IMG/VR virus record: IMGVR_UViG_3300046169_000109
Span: 4,781-68,780 of that record
Length of the DNA: 64,000 nucleotides
Origin: a virus
Strand: one strand, 5' to 3'
The notes beneath the pieces were generated by a model. It was not told where the DNA came from. It did no database searches and was given only the letters and a program-made list of their open reading frames with translations. Below, piece by piece: positions 8,041 through 17,533 of this stretch; position 1 is the stretch's first letter, and the number at the start of each line of letters is the position of its first letter. A program made the position numbers and the translations under genes.

Positions 8041-8395
8041 ATCTCAGGATGAATTGCGTACTCGTATTGAATCTCAATTTGATTTCGATGCTACCGATGC
8101 TGATCAGCGATTGCGCGAGTTCATGCTTCGTGAGCGTACACTGCTCGAGAAAGATGGTAGTGAAAGCCTGTACGAACCTAATGAGAATCGCAGCTATACT
8201 CTTGAAGAGATTGGCACCGTCATGGGGGTTACCCGTGAGCGTGTTCGTCAGATTGAAGAGGCTGCGCTTCGTAAATTATGGCGGCTTATTCGAAGCATTA
8301 ATATGCGCGAGGATTTAGAGGAGTCGGATTGGATAAACGGATTAACAGAACATAAAGGCGATGACCCAACAGTCTACTACCCCGACTCTGTTTGA
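7850..8395 (+). CDS. stand-alone sigma70 region 4 HTH protein (start uncertain)
   Basis: YTLEEIGTVMGVTRERVRQIEEAALRKL; no region 2 visible. Confidence 0.8.
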   Translation: MEQIPIPKKPVGQPISGIPDDVVHALLADAGLLRKKYPRKNSKSSCKKSKDSEKRTKKLKPQPKSQDELRTRIESQFDFDATDADQRLREFMLRERTLLEKDGSESLYEPNENRSYTLEEIGTVMGVTRERVRQIEEAALRKLWRLIRSINMREDLEESDWINGLTEHKGDDPTVYYPDSV

Positions 8396-9677
8396 TTGGC
8401 AGATTTTTCATGCGAAAGTCTTAATGACTTCGCTGCTTAATCATGGCTATGCTAAGGATGGATCTGATACCGGAACCGGTAAGACATTTGTCGCGCTTTA
8501 TTTGGCTAAGAAGATGGGTCTTACGCCCTTCGTCCTTTGTCCTAAGTCCGTTGTCCCGAGCTGGAAAGATACGATGCTTAGCTATGGCTATAAGCCTACT
8601 GATCAGCATGCCTATACCTACGAGAAAATGATTCGTGGAAGCACCGAGTTTTATGACGGGTCTAAATGGTTGCTCAATCCCAAGAAGGCGCTTGTCATAT
8701 TTGATGAGGATCATCGATGCAAAGGGAATAAATCCAAGAATGCAAAGATGATGATCGCGGCAAAGACTGCTGGCTTAAATATACTTTGTCTAGGTGCGAC
8801 TAGTTGTACCAATCCTACAGAGATGAGAGCACTGGGTTATGTTCTCGATCTGCATGATGATAAGGGTTGGTGGCGTTGGTCGCTTAAAAATGGTTGTAAG
8901 CGTGGATTGTTTGGAGGCCTTGAGTTCAAAGGATCCAAAACAGTTCTCAAACGCTTACATGATCATATATATAAGAATGGTGCTCGGGGGAGCAGGATCA
9001 AAATTGCAGACCTGCCCCCCGGTGCCTTTCCTAACTCTAATATCATTGCCCAGGGATATGATATTTCCGGCCGTGCTGATATTGATTTGATCTATAATGA
9101 TTTGAAGGCTGAATTGGCTGAGCTCGAAGGTAAGAAATATACTGATACTGATAATCCATTGGTTGCTCAGCTTCGTGCTCGTCAGGAGATTGAATTGTTA
9201 AAGGTTCCATTATTTGAAGAGCTTGCCCGGGATGCGTATGAGTCTGGAAACAGCGTAGCAATCTTTGTAAATTTTCGTGAGACCATGGAAGTTCTGCTTC
9301 GTCGGCTTGCTGGTCTTTGCGAGATCCGAATGATTCATGGCGGACAGACAGAGACTGAGCGTGAGCTTCAATGCTTAGGATTTCAAAATGATGCTGCCCG
9401 AATCATGATATGTACCGTTCAGGCGGGAGGAACTGGTGTTTCATTGCACGATATAAATGGCAATCATCCTCGGGTATCTTTGATATCCCCTACCTTTTCT
9501 GCGATTGATTTCAAACAGACTCTTGGACGGATTCATCGAGCCGGAGCTAAGAGCCCTGCGGTTCAAAAGATTGTATTTGCGGAAGGAACAGTTGAGATGC
9601 GCGTCTGCAAATTGGTTAAGCGTAAGCTCGATAATTTAGATCTCATTAATGATGATGAGCTCAACCCGATCCTGTAG
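8361..9677 (+). CDS. SF2 (SNF2-like) DNA helicase
   Basis: TGTGKT, DEDH, GAT, QTLGRIHRAG motifs. Confidence 0.9.
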   Translation: MTQQSTTPTLFDWQIFHAKVLMTSLLNHGYAKDGSDTGTGKTFVALYLAKKMGLTPFVLCPKSVVPSWKDTMLSYGYKPTDQHAYTYEKMIRGSTEFYDGSKWLLNPKKALVIFDEDHRCKGNKSKNAKMMIAAKTAGLNILCLGATSCTNPTEMRALGYVLDLHDDKGWWRWSLKNGCKRGLFGGLEFKGSKTVLKRLHDHIYKNGARGSRIKIADLPPGAFPNSNIIAQGYDISGRADIDLIYNDLKAELAELEGKKYTDTDNPLVAQLRARQEIELLKVPLFEELARDAYESGNSVAIFVNFRETMEVLLRRLAGLCEIRMIHGGQTETERELQCLGFQNDAARIMICTVQAGGTGVSLHDINGNHPRVSLISPTFSAIDFKQTLGRIHRAGAKSPAVQKIVFAEGTVEMRVCKLVKRKLDNLDLINDDELNPIL

Positions 9678-9712
9678 CACTTTGCTACACTTCTGATATC
9701 ATGAAACACCTT

Positions 9713-9788
9713 GGGGCCATAGCTCAGTTGGAAGAGCGCCTGATTTGCATTCAGGAGGTCGTCGGTTCGATCCCGTCTGGCTCCACCA
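9713..9788 (+). tRNA. tRNA-Ala(TGC)
   Basis: Full cloverleaf, G3:U70 pair, encoded CCA, one T-stem mismatch. Confidence 0.95.
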
Positions 9789-9799
9789 AATTTAAATTC

Positions 9800-9875
9800 G
9801 CTCCCGTAGCTCAGTTGGTAGAGCACATCCATGGTAAGGATGGGGTCATCAGTTCGAATCTGATCGGGAGCTCCA
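9800..9875 (+). tRNA. tRNA-Thr(GGT)
   Basis: Full cloverleaf, CATCC/GGATG anticodon stem, encoded CCA. Confidence 0.95.
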
Positions 9876-10064
9876 TTATTAAATTATGAAATATAAAATA
9901 TACCACCTAATTAAAAAACTTTTAACCTTCAGCCGTCGACTTTTGGCCAAAGAAGAAAAACCTTTAGAAAGACCCTTTTTATAATTGCATTTGTTCTGCA
10001 TATGTATAACACTTAACAAATCGCCTGGCTGCAACTGGGCAAAACCTAAAAACCACACACCATT

Positions 10065-10403
10065 ATGAGATTTAATCCAGATTTTTTTGAACCATCTGAA
10101 GAGCCTGAAGAAGTTGGCTTGGATGAATTATTAGTCGAGAGTAAGAACCGGGTAATAGATACCCTGAGCGAATTACCTGACGAGCACAAGGAGCAGCTTG
10201 AAGAGCTACGGACTCGCATCAATGAGATGACCGAGCACGAAGAAAAGATTAAACCTGAGCGCGATGGCGCGGTTACTTATACTGCTTTTCAAGAACTTCA
10301 AATCATGCATTTGCAGCAAGAGGTTAAACAGATCCACGGCATGCTTTTAATGCTGGCCAAAGCAATAGATAGTAAACGCGACAAAGACGGGGAGGCTAAA
10401 TAG
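10065..10403 (+). CDS. hypothetical coiled-coil protein
   Basis: Preceded by TGTATAACA, CTGCAA hairpin and CCACACACCA. Confidence 0.75.
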   Translation: MRFNPDFFEPSEEPEEVGLDELLVESKNRVIDTLSELPDEHKEQLEELRTRINEMTEHEEKIKPERDGAVTYTAFQELQIMHLQQEVKQIHGMLLMLAKAIDSKRDKDGEAK

Positions 10404-10658
10404 ATGACTATGGATGCGGAAAAAAAGGCGGAGTTATTAGAGATCATGAAGGGCGATGTTCCGGTCATTCGAATTGGTAAGACTTGGGATGAAATGTTCA
10501 CCCATATGGATCTTGAAATGGAGGATGATACCAAGGCCATGCTCGTAGAATGGGGCAAAGAGGTTGCTACCGATGATGAATATGCGGAGATCGCTATTCG
10601 TCGCGGGCTTGAGGAGTTTGTTGAGAAGGAGAATGCGAGCGATGAAGATAGCAATTGA
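10404..10658 (+). CDS. hypothetical protein (paralogue of 4504..4758)
   Basis: Shared acidic motif. Confidence 0.7.
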   Translation: MTMDAEKKAELLEIMKGDVPVIRIGKTWDEMFTHMDLEMEDDTKAMLVEWGKEVATDDEYAEIAIRRGLEEFVEKENASDEDSN

Positions 10659-10833
10659 GAATCTAGGTGCTGAATTTAGTGCGGATATCGCAGATGACTG
10701 CACCCTTGATCAGGTCCTAATTGCTTTGAAAGGTTTGCTTGTGGCCGCCGGCTTTCATCCTGTGACTGTCGACCAAGAAATAATCCCCAATGACTGGGCA
10801 ATATCGGAGGTATTTAATAGTGAGCAGTCCTGA
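10642..10833 (+). CDS. hypothetical protein
   Basis: MKIAIEN...LKGLLVAAGFHP; start moved to 10642. Confidence 0.7.
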   Translation: MKIAIENLGAEFSADIADDCTLDQVLIALKGLLVAAGFHPVTVDQEIIPNDWAISEVFNSEQS

Positions 10834-11092
10834 AGAACATCATGAGCTCGGGCCGAGCACATTAAAATATGTAGAGATCTGCCCGAGCTATAGAAGCAGT
10901 AATGAGACCAACATATTTGCTGAGGAAGGTACGATGCTTCACTCGGCTGCAGAGACTGGAAATATGGATGGTTTAAACGATGAGCAGATTCGATTGGTCG
11001 TATCCTGCCTTGATTATATTCAACCCTTGGAGGATGTCGCAGATGATATCTATAAAGAATTACGAACAACCATTCGTCATGGAGGAGAGTAA
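10820..11092 (+). CDS. N-terminal part of a DUF2800-type PD-(D/E)XK nuclease
   Basis: HHELGPS...CPSY...AEEGTMLH; GTG 10820 preceded by GGAGG. Confidence 0.75.
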   Translation: MSSPEEHHELGPSTLKYVEICPSYRSSNETNIFAEEGTMLHSAAETGNMDGLNDEQIRLVVSCLDYIQPLEDVADDIYKELRTTIRHGGE

Positions 11093-11273
11093 CGATGAGT
11101 ATCGACTTGTCCTTCTCTTTGATCGAAGTCCTGTGTTGGCTTCTGGGGCTGTACGGCGCAGTGACGGGCTTTATATTAATACTCCTGACGATGTGCTACC
11201 TGTGTACGCATTCAAAATGGAAAAAGAATTAATGAGATTATTAAAAGATAACCTGGAGGCTTGGTATGAGTAG
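11079..11273 (+). CDS. intervening ORF (64 aa, or a 45-aa membrane peptide at 11095..11232)
   Basis: Two overlapping open frames between the nuclease halves. Confidence 0.45.
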   Translation: MEESNDEYRLVLLFDRSPVLASGAVRRSDGLYINTPDDVLPVYAFKMEKELMRLLKDNLEAWYE

Positions 11274-12111
11274 CGACAAGATATTCGGAACAGTTGATCG
11301 AGTAATCATTAAAGGTACTCATGTTGACTTGGTTGATTTTAAATTCGGCGTTGGAGAAATTGACGATGCTGATGTGAACATACAGGGGCAGGCGTATCTT
11401 CTTGGGGTCATGGATAAATTCCCAGAGTTACAGACTGCCACGGTTCATTTTATAATACCGCGCCGTGATGAGGTATTGACTCATGATTATAGCCGTTCGG
11501 ACATGGAAGATATTCGACTGCGCATAAACATGATAGTTGAAAAGGCTGAGCTTGAGACCGCCGAAGCGATACCTAATACCGAGGGCTGTAGGTACTGTAA
11601 GCACAAACTTTCATGCCCTGCCCTATCTGAAAAGATGTTACCTCTTGCTAAGAAATATAGCGCGAGTGTTGAAGATTTTGAGATGAGCCTTTGGGACAGT
11701 TACAGCCCGGAAAATGTTGAGAATCCTGTCGTCCTAGCCAAGATGCTCAATGTCGCACAGGTTGTAGATAAATGGCAGGCTGCTGCAAAGAAACAGGCAA
11801 CAAAATTGGCTGTCGAACAGGGTGAAGAGATTCCAGGTTATGATCTACATTATCGAACTGCCAGTCTGAAGATTGAAGATACTCAAGGTGCTTACGATGC
11901 GGTTGAACACTTACTAAGCCCTGAAGAATTCATGAATGCTTGTGACATTAGTTTGCCCAAGCTTGCTAAGAAATATTCAGAGAAACTACCTCGCGGGGAG
12001 AAGAAGACAGCCCGGGGAACAATAGAATCCAGCCTTGAAGAGTCTGGCATATTGCCGCCTGAGGAAGATCGGGACAGGAGTCCATATTTACGGAAAAGCA
12101 GAAACCTTTAG
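11266..12111 (+). CDS. C-terminal catalytic part of a DUF2800-type PD-(D/E)XK (Cas4-like) nuclease
   Basis: FGTVD, DFKFG, Q...Y, CRYC...C motifs. Confidence 0.85.
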   Translation: MSSDKIFGTVDRVIIKGTHVDLVDFKFGVGEIDDADVNIQGQAYLLGVMDKFPELQTATVHFIIPRRDEVLTHDYSRSDMEDIRLRINMIVEKAELETAEAIPNTEGCRYCKHKLSCPALSEKMLPLAKKYSASVEDFEMSLWDSYSPENVENPVVLAKMLNVAQVVDKWQAAAKKQATKLAVEQGEEIPGYDLHYRTASLKIEDTQGAYDAVEHLLSPEEFMNACDISLPKLAKKYSEKLPRGEKKTARGTIESSLEESGILPPEEDRDRSPYLRKSRNL

Positions 12112-12177
12112 TTTTGGCTTTCGTGTATAACATTTCACATACAAACATATAACAATAAAAATAAGGAGATATAATAA

Positions 12178-12894
12178 ATGGCTAAAACAGCATTATCAGA
12201 AACACAGTCCGAAGAGGCTGCATTAACAAACGCGAGCGGTGACATCATTGAGGGCAGTCCTACTGCATCATTAACGATTCAGCCCGGCGCGGGATTGGTG
12301 GGGGACTTCGATGCGAGTGATATAAGTTTTCCAAAGCTTCAAATCGCTCAGGGTGTTGGCGCACTTTCTGAGACATTCAAGAAAGGAACCATCGTTCTGG
12401 ATGGCGAGTTCGATATTAGTAACGGCACGGAGGATGTAGAGATTACAATCTGCCGTATTGGTAAGATGTTTGAAGAAAACATCGAGTGGGACTCCGGAGA
12501 AATCCCTCGGATCTTCAATTCTAAGGCAGAGGTACTCGAAGCAGATCCGGAAGCAACCTTTGTCTGGGCGGATGGAACTCCTGCTAGCTGGAAACCAATC
12601 GCTGATGCGTTGGTATGCATCAAGGGCGAGGATCCAACAAACTTCCCATTCGAATTTGGCGGAAATAATTACGCCTTCGCAATCTGGAGAATTAAGGGAA
12701 CTGCATACAAGCATGCAGCGGTACCGATTTTTACAGCTGCAAAGATGTACTACCGAGACGGCATCAATGTCGGATCGTTTCAGCTTACGACTCAGAAGGT
12801 CAAGGCCGGTAACAATGTCGTCCACGCTCCTAAGCTTCGCAAGGGATCACGGCACGACAAGAAGTTCGTAGAGTGGCTCAAGGATTTTAGCTGA
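12178..12894 (+). CDS. putative ssDNA-binding/recombination protein
   Basis: DISFPKLQIAQG motif; lies between the nuclease and the polymerase. Confidence 0.55.
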   Translation: MAKTALSETQSEEAALTNASGDIIEGSPTASLTIQPGAGLVGDFDASDISFPKLQIAQGVGALSETFKKGTIVLDGEFDISNGTEDVEITICRIGKMFEENIEWDSGEIPRIFNSKAEVLEADPEATFVWADGTPASWKPIADALVCIKGEDPTNFPFEFGGNNYAFAIWRIKGTAYKHAAVPIFTAAKMYYRDGINVGSFQLTTQKVKAGNNVVHAPKLRKGSRHDKKFVEWLKDFS

Positions 12895-12904
12895 TTCATA
12901 GGAC

Positions 12905-13001
12905 AGCTAATCTCATGTGGTGTGAGAATACGGAGGGCGGGGCAATCCCCTGCCCTCCCACACCGCGGAGCTTATAACCACACACCAAAATCACACCACA
13001 A
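12905..13001 (+). promoter_or_regulatory. structured polymerase leader with alternative pairings
   Basis: TGTGGTGTGA (12916-12925) is the reverse complement of TCACACCACA (12991-13000); GC hairpin at 12932-12958. Confidence 0.55.
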
Positions 13002-14903
13002 ATGAGTAATCAAAAATTTGCAGCATTAGACTTCGAGACATTTTATTCGAAGGACTATAGCATACAGGGAAGCAGCACATATCAGTATGTGCATCACCCA
13101 GAATTCGACGCCTATCTAGTTTCAATATGGAGTCCCGAACATAGCTATGTCGGGAGAACTGATGAATTTAAAGATTGGAAGAAGTTCGATGGGTACACTT
13201 TTATCGCGCACAATGCGTCATTCGATCAGCGCTGTTTCGAGCGTTGCGTAGAGCTAGGCATCATTCCAGACATTGATGTTTCATGGGTCTGTACCGCTGA
13301 CATGTGCGTATATTTTCAGTATCAAAGAAACCTAAAAGGTTCAGCCAAAGAGATTCTTGGAGTATCCATGGACAAGGAAGTCCGCAATAACATGAAGGGC
13401 AAGACCTGGGATGACATGATTGCCATGGATGAAAGCAAAGCTGTTCTTCAGTACGCCCTGGACGATGCGAAATACACCTACGAGATCTGGGAAAAGCTGT
13501 GGCCCCTTTGGCCTGAGACCGAAAGGCTTTTGTCCCATCAAACACGGACAATGGCTTATCGCGGATTACCTGTAGATTTAAAGAAGGTTGAGGAAGGTAT
13601 AGACAAGCTTGAAGGGCATCTTTTTGAGGCCAAGACCAGTCTTCCATGGTACGGAGAGATCGATCCGGACACCAAGAAGGAGTATGTAGTATATTCCAAA
13701 AAGGCTATGGCGATTGAATGCCGCAAGGCTGGTGTAGAACCTCCTAAGAGCCTAGCGAAGGACAGCGAAGAGCTAGCCAATTGGATCAAAGAGCATGGAG
13801 ATAAGCTCACCTTTGTATCTGCGATGCAAAATTATAATCGCATTAACATGCACTTGCAGCGGACCAAATCTGTTAAGGATAGATTAACTGACGAAGGTCG
13901 CATGAGTTATAATCTGAAATATTTCGGAGCAGATGCTACCGGAAGATGGAGCGGAGATGCTGGGTTTAATGTACAGAATATGCCACGGGATACTAAATAC
14001 GGAGTTAACATTCGTAATGTCGTTAGTCCTGCCAAAGGAAAGACCTTAGTCATATCTGATTTATCTCAAATCGAGCCGAGATTGACTGCATTCCTCGCTG
14101 GCGATGATGATTTCCTTGAGCTCGTATCCAAAGGCATGAGCCCATATGAAGCGCACGCTCGTCAGACCATGGGATGGACTGGTGGAAAATTAAAGGACGA
14201 AGATCCTGAGCTCTATCTTTTGGCTAAGGTTCGTGTTCTTCAACTTGGATACGGGAGTGGATGGTTTAAATTTGCCGAGACAGTTAAGGCATATGGACAG
14301 ACACAGATTCTAGACTCCAGCTTTAGTCGTCAGGATGAATTAAGATTTCAGGAATTTGCCAAGAAGTATCAGCCGGGCAAGTTCTCGGCCTATTCTAACT
14401 TAAGTGCAGACGAGCGACGCCAATGGGTTAATGCTTATATACAGGTTCAAGATTTCCGGGATAAAAACCCAAAGATTACATCTTCTTGGAAGAATTTAGA
14501 TAAGCGTCTGAAGACGGCTGCTAATGAAGGTGATGATTTTAAAATAGAAATCCCGAGCGGACGGACATTAAATTATTTTCGCTGTCGTCATGAACCGGAC
14601 GGGGTGACCTGTGCAACCCAGAAGGGAAGCATCAGACGGACAAAAATGTACGGTGCTAACCTGTTCCAAAATTCTGTCCAAGCGCTTGCGAGGGACTGCT
14701 TCGGGTTCATTCTAAAAAATCTCTACGATGGTGGGTATGACGTTGTTTTGCACGTCCATGATGAAGTTGTCGTAGAGGTAGAGGGGGAGAACGCTGAGGA
14801 GATAAAAAACGAAATTCAAAAAATCATGATGACCGGGCCGGAGTGGATGAAAGATGTACCACTCAGCAGCGATGCGATCATCTCAAAGGAGTACACGAAA
14901 TGA
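13002..14903 (+). CDS. polA: family A DNA polymerase with 3'-5' exonuclease
   Basis: DFET, HNASFD, YALDD; TGRWS, DLSQIEPR, KVRVLQLGYG, VHDE. Confidence 0.95.
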   Translation: MSNQKFAALDFETFYSKDYSIQGSSTYQYVHHPEFDAYLVSIWSPEHSYVGRTDEFKDWKKFDGYTFIAHNASFDQRCFERCVELGIIPDIDVSWVCTADMCVYFQYQRNLKGSAKEILGVSMDKEVRNNMKGKTWDDMIAMDESKAVLQYALDDAKYTYEIWEKLWPLWPETERLLSHQTRTMAYRGLPVDLKKVEEGIDKLEGHLFEAKTSLPWYGEIDPDTKKEYVVYSKKAMAIECRKAGVEPPKSLAKDSEELANWIKEHGDKLTFVSAMQNYNRINMHLQRTKSVKDRLTDEGRMSYNLKYFGADATGRWSGDAGFNVQNMPRDTKYGVNIRNVVSPAKGKTLVISDLSQIEPRLTAFLAGDDDFLELVSKGMSPYEAHARQTMGWTGGKLKDEDPELYLLAKVRVLQLGYGSGWFKFAETVKAYGQTQILDSSFSRQDELRFQEFAKKYQPGKFSAYSNLSADERRQWVNAYIQVQDFRDKNPKITSSWKNLDKRLKTAANEGDDFKIEIPSGRTLNYFRCRHEPDGVTCATQKGSIRRTKMYGANLFQNSVQALARDCFGFILKNLYDGGYDVVLHVHDEVVVEVEGENAEEIKNEIQKIMMTGPEWMKDVPLSSDAIISKEYTK

Positions 14904-15448
14904 TTATAGGATTAGCTGGTGGAAAAGGGTGTGGAAAAAGTTCTGTCGCACGAATACTTGAACGCAAATACGGTTACGAAATTCTTAGCTTTGCGAGTCC
15001 TATTAAGGAGATGCTCAAAGCCATGGGTCTTCGCGATTCTGAGCTTAATGATCCGGTATTAAAAGAAATCAAGCTTGATGAGTATGGGAAGAGCCCACGC
15101 GAAATCATGCAGCTTCTTGGTACTGAGTTCGCGAGGAATATGATTGCACAGGATGTGTGGATTACCGCGATGAGAAGACGGATAAACCCGCATGTAAAAA
15201 CAGTAATCGATGATGTTCGCTTCGATAATGAGGCGGAGTTCATACGAGAGGTCGGCGGTACAATTCTTGAAGTCAGGCGGACTAAACTAGACGAGAACAA
15301 TGATACTCACATATCCGAGGCGGGAGTGTCTGAGAATTTTATACACGGAACAATTAATAACTTAAGCTGCTACGAGACCGATCTTGAATTGGAAGTGGAC
15401 AGCAAAATCGAAGAGGTGGAAACATATGGACTTATTTACAATACCTAA
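14900..15448 (+). CDS. deoxynucleoside monophosphate kinase
   Basis: GLAGGKGCGKS, SFA.PIK, PREIMQLLGTE, DDVRFDNE, HISE. Confidence 0.9.
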   Translation: MIIGLAGGKGCGKSSVARILERKYGYEILSFASPIKEMLKAMGLRDSELNDPVLKEIKLDEYGKSPREIMQLLGTEFARNMIAQDVWITAMRRRINPHVKTVIDDVRFDNEAEFIREVGGTILEVRRTKLDENNDTHISEAGVSENFIHGTINNLSCYETDLELEVDSKIEEVETYGLIYNT

Positions 15449-17533
15449 CCTAAGCGCTAGCCAAGTATCAAAGCGCAAACCATGGGAGGTTGATTTTGAA
15501 CTCCCAGAATTTAGGGATAGCAACGAATATAAACAATGGGCGGCCAGGCCGAGCACAAGGTATCTAGCTTATAGTACCTGTGAAGGCATTGACCCTAACC
15601 AGCGAGTATCGAGCAATAACCCGGTCAGATTTTTGCACGGGGTGTCAGCCGATTGGGATGCTAGATTTACGGATGAACAGTTTGAAGAGATTGTCCGCCG
15701 ATTGATCGATCATGAATACCCAGTCAATTATATCAGCCGAAGCTATTCCGGAGGCATCCATGCGGTTTGGTTTTTCGAGTCCCCCTTATTCATGCACGGT
15801 GCTCAGAGCAACACACGATTCCTGAAGCGTTTGGCCAAAGAACTGAAGCTTGAGGGCAGAGACGCGATTGCTCGGGGCTTTGATCTAGGAAACTTTGAAA
15901 AGCAGCATTATCTTCTGCATGGTGGAGATTGGCGACCTGTCAGTCCTAAGTCACGGATCAGTGCAGACATGCTACATTTCTGGCAGTATGAAACATCTAA
16001 GTCTGCAGACTTTCGCGGACAAGGTCCTGAGATTCCATTGAACACCGTATTCGAAGAGGTTCAACGGGCTTGGCCTGACCATCAATGGCCTGGAGAATTT
16101 GTGGAAGGTTCCCGTGGCCCAACCTTTTGGGATCCAGGCGGACAGCATAAGACTACTAATTCTGCGATCGTACGGGATACAGGCATGCAAGTATTCAACA
16201 TGGCGAAAGGTTTCTATACCTGGAGCGAGGTTCTGAGCCCTGCATTTGTTCGTCAGTTTGAAGTTGGACGGATTGGTAAAGCGATTGATGGCTATTGGTT
16301 CGATGGGAAAAACTATTATGTTCAAGACGGGTCTGGTGGATTCTTTGTAAATAATAAGGAAGAATGCCTTCTAGACCTTCAATGCCGAAACGATCTTAGC
16401 TCACGCCCCGGGCGCAATGAGAATGTATCCGAAAGCAAGCGAGCACTGCACTCAATCATCACTGGTAAACGAGTAGAGGCTGGACTTCCTTTTTGTTTTA
16501 TTAAGAGCCCGATAGTAACCCATGAAAACCGTAGGTATTTCAACACGGCACGGGTACAACCTATTACTCCAACCGATTTCGAGGTTACTCCCGAAAAGGA
16601 TTTTCCCGAGATCTGGAAATGGATGAATTACATGCTCGGAGATGAGCAGATTAATCATGAGCTGGATTGGTTAGCCTACTCGTATTCAAATGCTCATGCT
16701 GGAAAGCCTAAGCGTGGGCCATGCACACTTTCCTTGTAGGTCCACCTAACTGCGGAAAGACCTTTTTTCAATACGCAGGTTCTTGGAAAGTTATTTGGTG
16801 GCGGTATCAAGGCATCAGATTATTTAACCGGTAAATCAGAATGGACAGAGCATTTGTTTGAGTATGGTGCTTGGCTCGTAGACGACGAGGCTCCGAGCGC
16901 GAGTAATGCTATGCACACAGCATTTACAGCAAAGCTAAAGGAGCACTATCGCCGAATGACACATTTCCTTATCAATGGTAAGTTTAAGAAGTCAGGGTCG
17001 TGTATTCTGGCGTGGGCGGATTAGCTGCACATTGAATGATGACCCGGTATCGATGCGCCTTCTTCCTGATTTGGACATGAGCATCAAGGACAAGCTCATG
17101 GTCTTCAAATGTCCGTGACTGGTTATGACTTTCTTTCCCGGAATTAAAGGATGTTATCTCTAAAGAGCTTCCGGCCTTTGCCCGTTGGCTTCTGGACTAC
17201 GAGATTCCGGAAGAGCGCTTTGATGTGCGTTTCGGAGTCCAAGCATACATCAATCCGGGCCTTGAAGCTATTGCGAAGGCTGACAGTCGCTACAGTCATA
17301 TCATCGAGATCCTAGCCATGTTTAGAGCTACTTTAGGCGATGATGCATGGGAAGGAACTTGTTCCGAGCTCATGGTTGTCCTGTCGGCTAATGAAAATAA
17401 TCGAGTACTCTTAAAGGAGCTCAACCCGAAGAAACTTGGGTGGGGGCTTAGTCACATGACATCAAAAGGCTTTGATTGGGTTGGACGGAGTGATCAGGTT
17501 CAATACGGTTGGAAGATCTTCGGCAATGGCTAA
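15426..17533 (+). CDS. primase/SF3-helicase fusion, broken by clustered frameshifts
   Basis: N-terminal DWD and SYSGGIH motifs; Walker A GPPNCGKT and Walker B LVDDE are recovered after removing single extra bases at 16716-17150. Confidence 0.8.

Noticed and set aside
11087-11270. T4 gene 60-style ribosomal bypass or group I intron joining the nuclease halves
   Set aside because: No matching in-frame landing codon (the GAG at 11268 is out of frame); the gap is short with no intron core visible; the downstream half has its own GGAGG and ATG
11266-12111. Cas4-like gene as part of a CRISPR system
   Set aside because: Typical solo phage replication nuclease located beside SSB and polymerase genes
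16716-17150. Programmed frameshifting or alternative genetic code in the primase
   Set aside because: Too many clustered homopolymer insertions; other genes read normally in the standard code
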